In this document: in pieces, positions 27,924 through 39,844 of the stretch | Layout of the letters: every line of letters begins with the position of its first letter | Position numbering within the stretch: position 1 is the stretch's first letter | Assembly: GCA_040767155.1 (NCBI GenBank) | Contig: JAXGPC010000005.1 | Span: 390,841 to 454,840, forward strand | DNA: 64,000 bases | From: Anaerolineae bacterium | GTDB taxonomy: Bacteria; Chloroflexota; Anaerolineae; B4-G1; SLSP01 | Reading direction: 5' to 3' | Program-made: the position numbers and the translations under genes | The notes under the pieces: generated by a model | The model's input: the letters and a program-made list of their open reading frames with translations, nothing else | Database searches by the model: none | Told to the model about the DNA's origin: nothing

Positions 27924-27951
27924 GTGTCTTTTTGCGTCTGCCGCAGGCGGT

Positions 27952-27980
27952 TTGATTTGCCGTACTGTCTGGGGTAGAAT
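27952..27980 (+). promoter_or_regulatory. candidate promoter TTGATT-17-TAGAAT upstream of ssb
   Basis: Canonical spacing; followed by AAAGGAG and the ssb ATG 57 nt downstream. Confidence 0.35.
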
Positions 27981-28037
27981 GTAGCCCATAGGTACTCCTC
28001 TGCAGTGTCTTGCCGGAATCCGAAAGGAGTTGTACGC

Positions 28038-28463
28038 ATGTCTTACCAGAAGGTGATCATTGTTGGGAATCTGGGGCGTGACCCCGAGATGCGCTACACC
28101 CCCGATGGGACGCCCGTAACGTCCTTCAGCGTCGCAACCAATCGTCGATGGACGAACCAGGATGGCTCGCAGGGGGAAGAGACGGTGTGGTTTAGGGTCT
28201 CGGCTTGGCGCAAGCAGGCTGAGGTCGCCGCTAACTATCTGACCAAGGGGCGCCAGGTCATGGTTGAGGGGCGGATGACTGCTGACAAGGCGACCGGTGG
28301 TCCACGTATCTGGACAGGTCAGGATGGCACGCCTCGGGCAAGCTATGAGATGATTGCTGATCGGATTGTTTTCCTTGGTACCCGCGCCGAGGCAACGTCG
28401 GGTGCTGGTGGTGACGAGGCGGGAGGGCCCGATTTTGTCCCTGAGGATGAAATACCCTTCTAA
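28038..28463 (+). CDS. ssb: single-stranded DNA-binding protein
   Basis: KVIIVGNLGRDPEMRYTPDGTPV OB-fold start and an acidic C-terminal tail ending DEIPF. Start moved to the ATG preceded by AAAGGAG. Confidence 0.9.
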   Translation: MSYQKVIIVGNLGRDPEMRYTPDGTPVTSFSVATNRRWTNQDGSQGEETVWFRVSAWRKQAEVAANYLTKGRQVMVEGRMTADKATGGPRIWTGQDGTPRASYEMIADRIVFLGTRAEATSGAGGDEAGGPDFVPEDEIPF

Positions 28464-28536
28464 GTAGCTGCACACCGTGGCGCGTTGGCGACAGAGGGGA
28501 TCCTTCCCCTCTGTCGTTTTCTACCGAAGGAGATCT

Positions 28537-28854
28537 ATGTCACAGCCCAAACCGCGATCGATCAACATCGAGCTTCCTGCCGATCTGGACCCGACCTATG
28601 CGAACTTCGCGGTCATTTCACATACACCTTCCGAGGTGATCTTCGACCTGGCCCAGCTGCTTCCCAATCAGCCGAAGGTGCGCGTGCGTACCCGGGTGGT
28701 CATGACGCCGCTCAATGCAAAGCTGATGCTGCGAGCTCTCGAGGAGAATCTGGCCAAGTATGAAGCGGCGTTTGGCGAGATTGTGGTTCCTGGCCACGGC
28801 GACGATCTCATTCGGTCGTTCTTCGGCGGGAAGATCCCGCCTGAAACGGAGTAG
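28537..28854 (+). CDS. DUF3467 domain protein
   Basis: INIELPADLDPTYANFAVISHTPSEVIFD...RVVMTP..AK.L..AL.EN..KYE matches DUF3467. Start at the ATG preceded by GAAGGAG. Confidence 0.65.
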   Translation: MSQPKPRSINIELPADLDPTYANFAVISHTPSEVIFDLAQLLPNQPKVRVRTRVVMTPLNAKLMLRALEENLAKYEAAFGEIVVPGHGDDLIRSFFGGKIPPETE

Positions 28855-28863
28855 GGCTGCTCT

Positions 28864-29544
28864 ATGGGTGATGCATTCCAGATGTGGTTGGACGAGCTTG
28901 CTGCCGCAGCCGAGGTGGACCTTGGTGCGCAGAACGAGATTCGTGATCAGGCCTTGGCCCAGAGCCGCGACCTGATCCGACTCTGTTCGAACGCCATCCG
29001 CGCGGGCCACCGGGATGCCTGGGATGAGGCCGAAACCCTTCTGGCAGAGGCTGAGCGCGTCGGACAAGCGATGCAGACATTGCTCGCGCCCTATCCCGAG
29101 CTGGTCTATGCCGGGTACACCCAGGATGCGCTCAAGGAACTTGTGGAGGCCCGGGTGACATTGGCCCTGATCTCCAATCGAGCCATGCCCGAAGTGTCGG
29201 CCTCGGGTATCCCACTGAACACCTACCTGAACGGTGTCTGCGAGGCTGCCAGTGAGCTACGCCGTCGCTGTCTTGATATGCTGCGCCACGAGAAGCTCGA
29301 GGAGGCGGAGCGTCTGTTAGCGGCCATGGATGCAGCGTACGAGGTCCTGATGTCGTTCAGCTATCCCGACGTCATCACCCGCGGGTTGCGCCACAGAGTC
29401 GATCAGCTTCGCGGAGTGCTCGAGCGCACCCGGGGTGATCTGACCAACAACGCCCAGATGGTGCGCTTGCTGAAGGCGCTCGGAGCTGTTGGGCCTGGCG
29501 ATGCGCTTACCCTGGATGAGGCGGAGCTGTCACCAGGCGTCTGA
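28864..29544 (+). CDS. hypothetical helical protein (possibly translin-like)
   Basis: All-helical 226-aa protein; the weak resemblance to the translin family is from memory only. Confidence 0.25.
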   Translation: MGDAFQMWLDELAAAAEVDLGAQNEIRDQALAQSRDLIRLCSNAIRAGHRDAWDEAETLLAEAERVGQAMQTLLAPYPELVYAGYTQDALKELVEARVTLALISNRAMPEVSASGIPLNTYLNGVCEAASELRRRCLDMLRHEKLEEAERLLAAMDAAYEVLMSFSYPDVITRGLRHRVDQLRGVLERTRGDLTNNAQMVRLLKALGAVGPGDALTLDEAELSPGV

Positions 29545-29604
29545 TACCGATTGCGGCCCTGCCTGGCTGATGATTGGCCCGACCGAGCGCTGTTTTAGAG
29601 TGCC

Positions 29605-29632
29605 TTGACAGGCCCCCCCCTTCGGGTAAGAT
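29605..29632 (+). promoter_or_regulatory. candidate promoter TTGACA-16-TAAGAT upstream of sat/cysC, followed by a leader hairpin plus T-tract
   Basis: Perfect -35 hexamer with 16-nt spacing. Downstream ACCCCCCTCCGGGGTATAGGCTTTTTTCTTG (29660-29690) looks like an attenuator or terminator in the 5' leader. Confidence 0.4.
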
Positions 29633-29677
29633 GCTCTCAGTTGGCACGCAAAGCTTGTACCCCCCTCCGGGGTATAG

Positions 29678-31471
<1,794 letters not shown>

Positions 31472-31485
31472 GCGATCCTATTCTC

Positions 31486-32703
31486 TTGGGGGAAACGGTC
31501 GTGTCTTCCGAGCAACTTGTCGAAAAACTCAAATCGCACCTCCGAGCGCGTATGGGGTGCTCTGACGACGAGATCCGTGTCGTCCGTTCGCCCCTGCGTG
31601 TCTCTCCGCTGGGAGCCCATGTCGACCATCAGGACGGTCTGGTCACGGGGATGGCGCTGGATCAGGCCATATATCTTGCCTTTGTGCCGCGCACAGATGC
31701 ACGTGTCCGTGTCACGAGCTTGAACTTTGAGGGGTGTACGGACTTCACGCTCGACGCGATTCCGCCCATAGCTCCCCAGGACTGGGGTAACTACGCGCGG
31801 GGCGCCGCACTTGCCCTGGCGCAGTCTCACGCCATCCGTTTGGGGCTAGATGCCGTTGTGATGGGAACGATGCCCATCGGGGGCCTTAGCTCATCGGCGG
31901 CTGTCGGCGTTGCCTATTTGCTCGCGCTTGAGTCGGCGAACGGTCTGATGCTGACGCCGCAGGAGAACATCGAGCTCGATCGCTATGTGGAAAACGTCTA
32001 CCTGGGACTCCGGAACGGGGTACTGGACCAGTCGATAATTCTTCTGAGCGATCGTGACTGCTTGACCTTTCTGGACTGTCGCACGATGGAGGTGCAGCGG
32101 ATCCCGACAGCGGCAAGCCCAGCCGAATACGAGATTCTCGTGGTCTATTCCGGAATCCGCAAGGCTCTGGTGGGCACTGCCTATAACAACCGGGTTGCGG
32201 AGTGCCAGGAGGCAGCGCAGTTGCTATTGGCCTGGTCAGGCCAGCCTTCGACCAACGGCAACAGCAGATTGCGTCTGGTTGATCCGGGCATCTATGCCCA
32301 GTGGGGGAGTCGCCTGCCGGCGCCCCTTGATCGTCGGGCCCGTCACTTTTTCACCGAGCTGGTGCGGGTGCGCGAAGGCGTAGAGGCGTGGCGCGCTGGC
32401 GACATTGGCCGGATGGGGGAGTTGATGCGCGCTTCGGGCGCCAGTTCTGTGCACAACTATGAATCGGGTTCTCCGCACCTCACCTCGCTCTATGACATCC
32501 TCTGCGCGTGTCCCGGCGTCTATGGGGCGCGTTTCAGTGGTGCCGGTTTCCGTGGATCGTGCATTGCGTTGAGCAACCCCGCGTATCGTGAGGAGATCGA
32601 GGCCTTCATCTCGGCCCACTATCCTGCGAAGCATCCGGATATCGTCGACTGGTATAGTGTCCATTTCTGCCATACAAGCGAAGCGGCTCGCCTGATCGCG
32701 TAA
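31486..32703 (+). CDS. GHMP-family sugar kinase (galactokinase-like)
   Basis: PLRVSPLGAHVDHQDG (the galactokinase N-terminal signature, here diverged) and the GHMP motif PIGGLSSSAAV. Confidence 0.7.
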   Translation: MGETVVSSEQLVEKLKSHLRARMGCSDDEIRVVRSPLRVSPLGAHVDHQDGLVTGMALDQAIYLAFVPRTDARVRVTSLNFEGCTDFTLDAIPPIAPQDWGNYARGAALALAQSHAIRLGLDAVVMGTMPIGGLSSSAAVGVAYLLALESANGLMLTPQENIELDRYVENVYLGLRNGVLDQSIILLSDRDCLTFLDCRTMEVQRIPTAASPAEYEILVVYSGIRKALVGTAYNNRVAECQEAAQLLLAWSGQPSTNGNSRLRLVDPGIYAQWGSRLPAPLDRRARHFFTELVRVREGVEAWRAGDIGRMGELMRASGASSVHNYESGSPHLTSLYDILCACPGVYGARFSGAGFRGSCIALSNPAYREEIEAFISAHYPAKHPDIVDWYSVHFCHTSEAARLIA

Positions 32704-32756
32704 TCCTTCACAGCCTTGACGGATCACGCTGCCAGTCATCGGAAGGAGTCTACACG

Positions 32757-33233
32757 ATGCGCAACCACATTTCGCGGTGGGTGAACTCGTTGGGCATAGT
32801 CGTGATCCTCTCCCTGGCCCTCAGTGGCACAGGCCTTACATTGCTGTTCGCGGATATCTCACCTGTGGTGGTGAGCTGGGAGACGGCAAGCGAGGTAGGT
32901 ACTGCAGGGTTCAACGTCTACCGTGCCCCGCTGTCGGAGAGCGCTGTGGTCCGGGTCAATCCGGAGCTAATTCCGTCAGAGGGCGACGAGATGGTCGGGG
33001 CCGCCTACCGCTATGCCGATGACGATGCCAGCCTCCGGCCGTGGCGGCGCTATCGCTACCAGATCGAAGAAGTGGAGTGGGATGGGAGTGCAACCCTTTA
33101 TCCGGAAGCCGTTGTGGTGCGGGCCGGCTTGCCGCGGGTCTGGACCAGGGTCGAGGGTGGACTCCTGATTGCGTTGGCCCTGGTTCTGCTGTGGGGACGC
33201 CTCCGCCGCTCTTCACAAGGGGCCGCCGGATGA
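32757..33233 (+). CDS. hypothetical membrane protein (N- and C-terminal TM helices)
   Basis: Hydrophobic segments at both ends; no recognisable domain. Confidence 0.4.
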   Translation: MRNHISRWVNSLGIVVILSLALSGTGLTLLFADISPVVVSWETASEVGTAGFNVYRAPLSESAVVRVNPELIPSEGDEMVGAAYRYADDDASLRPWRRYRYQIEEVEWDGSATLYPEAVVVRAGLPRVWTRVEGGLLIALALVLLWGRLRRSSQGAAG

Positions 33234-34291
33234 CGGTGCTCCTCCGGGTTGACCGTGAGCACCCAGCACCGGAGCTCATCGCGCGTGCAGCCGCAGTGAT
33301 TCGCGCGGGCGGGCTCGTGGCCTTTCCGACCGAGACGGTATACGGTCTGGGAGCAAATGCCCTGGACTCTGATGCCGTTGCCAGGATCTTCCGTGCCAAA
33401 GAGCGGCCTACATTCGACCCTTTGATTGTGCACCTGGTCGCGGCGGAGTCACTGCGCGAGGTCGTCTCACACGTTCCCGATGTCGCTGTCGCGCTCGCTG
33501 CCCGATTTTGGCCCGGCCCTCTCACGCTGGTCTTGCCGCGTGGGCCGCAGGTGCCCCTGGCGGTGACAGCGGGTGGCGACACGGTCGCCGTGCGCGTGCC
33601 TTCCCATCCGGTCGCACATGCCCTGTTGGCTGCCGCCAGGGTTCCCATTGCTGCGCCCAGCGCAAACCGTTTCGGAAGGGTAAGCCCGACGTGTGCCGAG
33701 CATGTGTTGGCTGATCTGAACGACCGTATCGACATGGTGCTCGATGGTGGTAGCACCCAGGTAGGCGTCGAGTCGACGGTGCTGTCCCTTGCCGGCCCAG
33801 TGGCCACGATCCTGCGGCCCGGCGGTGTGAGCCGCGAAGCGCTGGCCCGGGTTCTCGGCGAGGTGCAGGTGGCTCAGGAGCTTCCTACCGAGGGGGATTC
33901 GTTGATCTCGCCCGGAACGACCCTGAAGCACTACGCGCCTCGGGCGGTCGTGCTCCTCTATCGCGGAGAGCTTGTTCCGGTACTGGAAAGGATGCGGCAC
34001 GACCTTTCCCAACACCTGGCGCGTGGCGAGAAGGTGGGGCTCCTGCTGGTGGATGAGGACTCACCGGCCTTCGCCGAGTTCCCAGTGACAACGGCGCGGT
34101 TGGGTTCCGTTGGCTCTCTGGAAGAAGTGGCGCAACAGCTTTATGGCGCGTTGCGGATCCTCGATCAGGCGGATGTATCGGTGATCATGGCCCGCGATCT
34201 GGGGTCGAAAGGGTTGGGTCTGGCGATACGCGATCGACTCACCCGGGCCGCTGCAGGCCAGGTCATCGTGGTTGCCGAGGGGACAGCCTGA
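33230..34291 (+). CDS. tsaC/sua5: L-threonylcarbamoyladenylate synthase (YrdC + Sua5 domains)
   Basis: VAFPTETVYGLGANALD...PSANRFGRVSPT YrdC core, plus a C-terminal Sua5 domain. Start at MTVLLRV overlaps the previous stop. Confidence 0.85.
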   Translation: MTVLLRVDREHPAPELIARAAAVIRAGGLVAFPTETVYGLGANALDSDAVARIFRAKERPTFDPLIVHLVAAESLREVVSHVPDVAVALAARFWPGPLTLVLPRGPQVPLAVTAGGDTVAVRVPSHPVAHALLAAARVPIAAPSANRFGRVSPTCAEHVLADLNDRIDMVLDGGSTQVGVESTVLSLAGPVATILRPGGVSREALARVLGEVQVAQELPTEGDSLISPGTTLKHYAPRAVVLLYRGELVPVLERMRHDLSQHLARGEKVGLLLVDEDSPAFAEFPVTTARLGSVGSLEEVAQQLYGALRILDQADVSVIMARDLGSKGLGLAIRDRLTRAAAGQVIVVAEGTA

Positions 34292-34304
34292 GGCCGCCCC
34301 CTCT

Positions 34305-35561
34305 CTAGCTGCGCAGGAAATCGCGAAGGCGTCGGGCGTGCGCCGGGTGCCGCAGACGGCTCAGCGCTTGTGCCTCGATCTGCCGCACTCTCTCACGCGT
34401 AACTCCGAGTTTCTTCCCCACCTGCTCGAGCGTGTACGTCTGTCCGTCCAAGAGCCCATAGCGCATCTGGAGGATCTTTACCTCGCGCGGGGGGAGGTCC
34501 ACGAGGATCTCCATCAACTGGTCGCGCAGCATATCGGAACTGACACGGTCGGGCGGCGAGGGGCTTTCGGTGTCTTCGACGAAATCACCCAGCGTGCTTT
34601 CGCCCTCGTCATCCGTTGGCATTTCCAATGAGAGCGGACGACGGGCTACGTCGAGCATCTGCTCCACTTTGCGCGCTGGAATCTCCATCTCGGCCGCGAG
34701 CTCCTCGGGTGTGGGACTACGGCCCAGCCGCTGCGTCAACTGATGCGAAATCCGCAGCATCTTGTTGATTTGATCGCCCATGTGCACAGGCACACGAATG
34801 GTGCGACTCTGGTCGGCGATAGCACGTGTCACCGCCTGCCTGATCCACCACGTGGCGTACGTGGAGAACTTGTGGCCGCGTTTATAGTCGAATTTGTTAG
34901 ACGCACGGATCAGGCCGATGTTGCCTTCCTGGATCAGATCGAGGAAGGGGACGCCGCGCCCGATGTACTTCTTTGCTACGCTGATGACGAGTCGTGAGTT
35001 GGCACGGATCAGATGCTCGCGGGCATCGATCCCATCCTCGAGCTGGCGCTCAAGCTCATAGCGCTTCTCATCACTGCCATACCTTCCAGCGCCGAGGCGC
35101 GCCTGAGCCTTCTTCCCGGACTCCATTCGCTGGGCCAGCGAGACCTCTTCCTCCGCGGTAAGGAGGGCAACCTTGCCGATCTCCTTGAGATAGAGGCCGA
35201 TGGTGTCATCGATCTCTATCGCGCGGTAGATATCCTCCTCGGTCTTCTCTTCGGCGTCCAGATCCTCCAGATCTCCGAGCCCTTCCAGCTCCTCGAGATC
35301 TCCAAGAGCTTTTGCCAGTCCGCTGGGCACCTTTTCCCCCGGCCCGCCGACGACGATACCCGCATCGAGTAATGTGGAGATCGTCTCATCCAGCTTGCCG
35401 ATATCATCCTCTGCTTCCGGAAAGACGCGTTGGATGTCCTCATAGGTGACGTAACCGCGTTCGGACCCGAGCGCAAGCAGGGTCTCAGCGCCTGTCAGGT
35501 AGGCATCGAGAGGTGCGGTGTCCTCTTCCTGTTCTTCTTCGAATGGTTCTTCCAACACCAA
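34305..35561 (-). CDS. rpoD: RNA polymerase sigma factor RpoD/SigA (primary sigma-70)
   Basis: Regions 1.2 to 4 are present: [55 protein letters not shown] and the region-4 HTH. Confidence 0.9.
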   Translation of the reverse strand: MVLEEPFEEEQEEDTAPLDAYLTGAETLLALGSERGYVTYEDIQRVFPEAEDDIGKLDETISTLLDAGIVVGGPGEKVPSGLAKALGDLEELEGLGDLEDLDAEEKTEEDIYRAIEIDDTIGLYLKEIGKVALLTAEEEVSLAQRMESGKKAQARLGAGRYGSDEKRYELERQLEDGIDAREHLIRANSRLVISVAKKYIGRGVPFLDLIQEGNIGLIRASNKFDYKRGHKFSTYATWWIRQAVTRAIADQSRTIRVPVHMGDQINKMLRISHQLTQRLGRSPTPEELAAEMEIPARKVEQMLDVARRPLSLEMPTDDEGESTLGDFVEDTESPSPPDRVSSDMLRDQLMEILVDLPPREVKILQMRYGLLDGQTYTLEQVGKKLGVTRERVRQIEAQALSRLRHPAHARRLRDFLRS

Positions 35562-35745
35562 GGGCGCAGTTCCTTATGGCTACGGTGAGCGTGCTATGCG
35601 GCAGGCGCGGGCACATCGGTAAATGCCAGGTCTCCCGGGGCTGTGAGGCAGAGGCCAATGGGGTCCCCCCACCAAGCCTGCATTCTAGCATGCCGACGAT
35701 AATAGAGTAGTGAGCTTCACATCCTTGTCAACTGCAGCATACGCG

Positions 35746-35778
35746 AAAAAAAAGCACGGGTGGTTGGGCCACCTGTGC
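35746..35778 (-). terminator. Rho-independent terminator downstream of the URO-D-family gene
   Basis: Minus strand reads GCACAGGTGGCCCAACCACCCGTGC followed by UUUUUUUU. Confidence 0.5.
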
Positions 35779-35815
35779 TAACGCGTCCTACTATAGCATA
35801 GACTGCGGTTGAAAG

Positions 35816-36904
35816 TCAAGAGACCTGGGTATTCCGCACTGTTTCGTAGAATGCTTCCAGATTCTGAGCAGGAGTGCCAGGGGGCAAATCACAGCCCGAG
35901 CCGATCACAAAGTTGCGATGGTCTGCCGTGGCTTTCAGGAGAGATTCCGTCTGGGCGATGACGCTGTCTGGTGTGCCCTGGAAGAAGAGCGATGTGGGGT
36001 CCAGGTTGCCTGACAAGATGACGTCACGCGTATCTTCACGTTCGGATAGCTGATCCAGCGCAGCTGGAAGATCCATGGGGATGCCAAAATGGCAGACTGC
36101 GACGCCGGAAGCCAATATCCGTGAGAGATGAACGAGTCGGGCCCCGCAGTTGTGGTAGACCACGGTGAAGTCTTCCGTTTGTACTGCATCGACAACCTGA
36201 CGTATGTACGGTGTCGCGACCTTATCCATACCGCGAGGAGAAAGCAATCCCGCCGTTGGCTCTGCCATCACGATTCCCTGGGCCCCAGCCTGGCGAAAAG
36301 CCAGTGCATAGTCAATCAGGTACAGCGTAGCCTTTTCGAGCAGAGCGCCGATCAACTCGGGCTCGGTGACGGATGCCTCCAATGCCTCACTCACGCCGAA
36401 GATGCGGCCCGCTAACGAGAACGGACCGATCATGCCCGCCAGGACGGGTTTGCCAGTATTCGCCTCAGCTAGCTCGCGAGCCGCATTCAGGTGCACGGCA
36501 GTACGGCAGTCACCGGGTTGTGGGATGGGAAGCGCTTCGATTTCGGTGCGCGAAGTCACATGTCGCCCCAGGATCGTGGGGATATCGTCGTCACTCAGTC
36601 GGACGGAACAGCCGAAGGACTCCGCCTCGGCGCTAAGATCCATGGCTGTGAGCAGAAAGTCGGAGTCGAACCGTCCGTGCATGGCCAGTACAGCTTCAGC
36701 TTGAATCGAGCCATCGGTCACGGCGGCGCGCACAGTTGCCCCTGTTATCGCGAGCCCTGCATAGACGCCGATGGGCAGGGCGAGACGATGAGGAGCCGAA
36801 AGGATATTGCGGGCCAGTTGGGTTAACGTGGCATCATCTCCTGTGTTTGTTGAGTTCCTGGTGGGGAATCGGCGTAAGAAATGGCGAGGGAAGCCCCCAC
36901 CCAC
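35816..36904 (-). CDS. uroporphyrinogen decarboxylase (URO-D) family protein, MtaA/CmuA-like methyltransferase
   Basis: URO-D fold length and motifs (PFSLAGRIFG...IVMAEPTAG). The N-terminus may start further downstream. Confidence 0.6.
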   Translation of the reverse strand: MGGGFPRHFLRRFPTRNSTNTGDDATLTQLARNILSAPHRLALPIGVYAGLAITGATVRAAVTDGSIQAEAVLAMHGRFDSDFLLTAMDLSAEAESFGCSVRLSDDDIPTILGRHVTSRTEIEALPIPQPGDCRTAVHLNAARELAEANTGKPVLAGMIGPFSLAGRIFGVSEALEASVTEPELIGALLEKATLYLIDYALAFRQAGAQGIVMAEPTAGLLSPRGMDKVATPYIRQVVDAVQTEDFTVVYHNCGARLVHLSRILASGVAVCHFGIPMDLPAALDQLSEREDTRDVILSGNLDPTSLFFQGTPDSVIAQTESLLKATADHRNFVIGSGCDLPPGTPAQNLEAFYETVRNTQVS

Positions 36905-36953
36905 TGATACGGGTAACCTCTCGTGGCGTTAGCCGCTTCAGTCGGTGAATTCG

Positions 36954-38006
36954 CTACGGGTTCGCCACCTCCACGGGCAACCTGAAACTTACCCGCAGCC
37001 CCTGCCCGGGTGCGCTGGCAAATCGGATGGTCCCATTGAGCATCTCGATGCGCTCGCGCAGTGTGGGGAGGTTGAGCCGCACAGCATCGGGCGACGTCAG
37101 GGTCTCGTCGATCTCGAACCCAACACCATTGTCCTCCATCGTCATACGCACCTCGTCGTCCTCGATGTTCAGATGGGTGACAATATTGGTGGCCTGATCC
37201 TGTTCGCGTGCTATGTGAATGAGCGCCTGGATGACACGGAAAATCGTGATTTCCTTGTGAGGTGCCAACCGGCGATCCTTTCCGGTAACCTTCAGCGTCA
37301 ATCCTGTGAATCCCTCGTTGGTGATACCTTCCACGTACCGCCGCATCGTCGGGACCAACCCCAGATCGTCCAGCATCATCGGGCGCAGGTCGAAGATGAA
37401 GACCTTTACCGTCTTGAAGGCGTTGACCACGCTCTTCTTCAGCTCGCCAAGCTCGTGTCGGGCGCGCTCGGGGTCACGATCGAACAATCGCTCGCAGATC
37501 TCGGCCTGCAAGACCAGGTTTGTCAGTGACTGCGCCGGCCCGTCGTGCATCTGCCGCGATAGGCGTAGCCGTTCCTGTTCCTGCGCCTCGATGATGCTGA
37601 TGACCATCGCCTGTGTATTGTCTTTGCCATCATCCTGGGAGCCGGGCTGGTCCATGGCGACCTCGGGGGGTGCAAAACCGAGGACCTTGTTGTAGAGCTC
37701 TGCGATGCGGGTCAGGTTGCGCTGGTCGCTCTGCAGTTTTTCCAGCTGTCCTCTCATCGTGAACAGCCGCTGCTGATTCTCGATCAGCGTGTCATACGTC
37801 TTGCGGATGTCGTCGCGGGGCACGGTGTCGAAAGTCGATTCCATCTGCCGCACCCGGGCCACGGCGCGGGCGTTAGTCTGCACGAAGCGGTCCACCTCGG
37901 TCGCCGTTTGTTGAATCAGCAAGTCGATCTCTCTCAATTCACGCTGCACCTGCTCGGATCCAAGCCGGCAGAAGTCCGTGAACTGATCCCAACTGTTCTC
38001 TACCAT
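36954..38006 (-). CDS. sensor histidine kinase, HisKA_3 type (cytoplasmic, coiled-coil N-terminus)
   Basis: H-box EQERLRLSRQMHDGPAQSL (HisKA_3) and a HATPase_c domain (EDNGVGF...GQGL). No TM segment. Start moved to MVENSWDQ with an upstream AGAGGG. Confidence 0.8.
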   Translation of the reverse strand: MVENSWDQFTDFCRLGSEQVQRELREIDLLIQQTATEVDRFVQTNARAVARVRQMESTFDTVPRDDIRKTYDTLIENQQRLFTMRGQLEKLQSDQRNLTRIAELYNKVLGFAPPEVAMDQPGSQDDGKDNTQAMVISIIEAQEQERLRLSRQMHDGPAQSLTNLVLQAEICERLFDRDPERARHELGELKKSVVNAFKTVKVFIFDLRPMMLDDLGLVPTMRRYVEGITNEGFTGLTLKVTGKDRRLAPHKEITIFRVIQALIHIAREQDQATNIVTHLNIEDDEVRMTMEDNGVGFEIDETLTSPDAVRLNLPTLRERIEMLNGTIRFASAPGQGLRVSFRLPVEVANP

Positions 38007-38046
38007 AGAACCCTCTCTTGATGCTTTCGATACACGGTGTGTTGGC

Positions 38047-38763
38047 TCACAGTTTCTGCAGGCGCACCCAGCCATGGCGGAGGGCGTGAATGGCGGCCTG
38101 CGTTCGATCTGCCCGGTTCAACTTTGCCAGAATCGAGGTGACGTGATTCTTGACCGTCTGTTGGCTGATTCCGAGCGTGATGGCGATCTCCTTATTGCTC
38201 AGCCCTTCGATGATCTGCTGTAGGATCTCCATCTCGCGCTCGGTCAGCGGCGAGAATGTTGTGTCCTCGGGGCTGATCCCGTACCGGCGATATAACTCAA
38301 ACAGCCACTGACCGACCTCTTCCTGGGTCATGCATTTATTGGCAATCAGGGTGTATCCCTGGGCTACCAATCGCACAGTCTCCACGAGTTGTGCGGGTGC
38401 GACATCCTTGGCGAAATACGCCGAGGCCCCGATGCGGATGGCGCGGTAGATCTGTTCTTCGTCATCATAGGCAGTCAGGATGACAACGGCGACATCCGGA
38501 TGATCATTCTTGATCTGTTGCGTCACCTGCAGGCCGTTGATCGTAGGGAGATTGACGTCCATCAAGACGACATCGGGACGTGTTTCCGCGATCATCTCGA
38601 GCGCCTCTTCTCCATCGCTGCTCTCTCCCACGACGGTAATGCCCGGCTGCGAGTTCAACACATCGCGGATTCCCTGGCGAAAGAAGAAATGATCGTCTAC
38701 GATGGCGACCTTGACGATTTCGCCGGGGTCTGACGTCTCGCTTTCCATACAGTTCCTGACCAC
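38047..38763 (-). CDS. NarL/LuxR-family response regulator
   Basis: REC domain (VAIVDDH...VLMDVNLP) plus a C-terminal LuxR HTH (LTEREMEILQQIIEGLSNKEIAITLGISQQTVKNH). Confidence 0.85.
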   Translation of the reverse strand: MVRNCMESETSDPGEIVKVAIVDDHFFFRQGIRDVLNSQPGITVVGESSDGEEALEMIAETRPDVVLMDVNLPTINGLQVTQQIKNDHPDVAVVILTAYDDEEQIYRAIRIGASAYFAKDVAPAQLVETVRLVAQGYTLIANKCMTQEEVGQWLFELYRRYGISPEDTTFSPLTEREMEILQQIIEGLSNKEIAITLGISQQTVKNHVTSILAKLNRADRTQAAIHALRHGWVRLQKL

Positions 38764-38778
38764 AGTGGGCGCCGCAAA

Positions 38779-39828
38779 TCAGGATTGCGCCATCGCGAAC
38801 AACGTCGGTTGGCGATCGTGAAGGACCAACTCAGCCAGTTCATCAGCCGCCACCAGCGCGAAGTTCAGGCCGAACGGCCCCAGCCCGTTGATGGCGTACG
38901 CATCGGGCTGATCAGATAGGCTACCAATGACGGGCATCTGATCCCCTCCAGCGGCTACCCACGAGGTAAACCGTTGGCGGGTCAGGGCATCCGGGCAGAG
39001 TTGGTTGGCCACGGCACTGAGCCGCCACAGGAGGTCGGCCTCTGTATCGCTCCAGCCGGTGAGATAGGCATTGTCCTCGTGCGGGATGAAGATCGCGCGA
39101 CCACTGTCCATAATAAGGGGGTGGGCCAGAGTGTCGTTGTTCTCGAACACGATCGTGTGGACGCACGCCGGGTGCAGGATCTTGGCAAGATTCGGATCGT
39201 GTCTGGTTGCGTGAATCCCGTTGGCGAAGATCACTTTGCGGGTCCAGAGGTAACGCTTATGTGCTGACACCGCAATGCTGCCGTCGGGTTGGCGCTTAAT
39301 CCCTTCGACCTCAGCATCGCGCTCGACGATGATGTTCTCGTGTTCCAACAGCTTGCTGATCAGGGCCTGGGGCGTGAATAGCAGATCGTCGCTGGTGCTG
39401 ATGGCCACCTGATCTCCGTAGCGACTATCGTCTTCGAGCGTTACAGCATAGCCATATTCCCTAAGACGCGTCACCGAGTCACGGAACTCGGCCGACTGCC
39501 GGGCGTCGTTGGCCAGGCGCAAGCTGCCCACCTTGGCTGCTGGCAGACCAAACCGTTCGAGCAGGATCTCGAGACGAACCAGGTTCTCGGAGGTGAGCTC
39601 CCAGAGTGTGTGCGCCATCTCGTCGCCGCGCCGCGCGGCCACCTGCGTGAAGGGCTCAGGGGTGCCGAGCATAGCCAGGCCCGGTTGACGTTTGATCGTG
39701 CCGCCAAGGACGTCTGTGGCCTCCAGGACGACGACCTGTAAGCCCTCCTCAGCCAGGATCGAAGCCACCAGGGCGCCAGCCAGCCCCGCACCTACCACAG
39801 TCACGTCGTACGGCTCAATGGTTGACAT
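38779..39828 (-). CDS. FAD-dependent oxidoreductase (DAO/ThiO-like)
   Basis: N-terminal dinucleotide-binding motif YDVTVVGAGLAG. Confidence 0.7.
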   Translation of the reverse strand: MSTIEPYDVTVVGAGLAGALVASILAEEGLQVVVLEATDVLGGTIKRQPGLAMLGTPEPFTQVAARRGDEMAHTLWELTSENLVRLEILLERFGLPAAKVGSLRLANDARQSAEFRDSVTRLREYGYAVTLEDDSRYGDQVAISTSDDLLFTPQALISKLLEHENIIVERDAEVEGIKRQPDGSIAVSAHKRYLWTRKVIFANGIHATRHDPNLAKILHPACVHTIVFENNDTLAHPLIMDSGRAIFIPHEDNAYLTGWSDTEADLLWRLSAVANQLCPDALTRQRFTSWVAAGGDQMPVIGSLSDQPDAYAINGLGPFGLNFALVAADELAELVLHDRQPTLFAMAQS

Positions 39829-39844
39829 ACTGGTTCCTTTCCGC

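Noticed and set aside
35562-35815. Possible small RNA or tRNA in the rpoD / URO-D intergenic region
   Set aside because: No cloverleaf could be folded by eye. The hairpin plus U-tract is better explained as the terminator of the upstream minus-strand gene.
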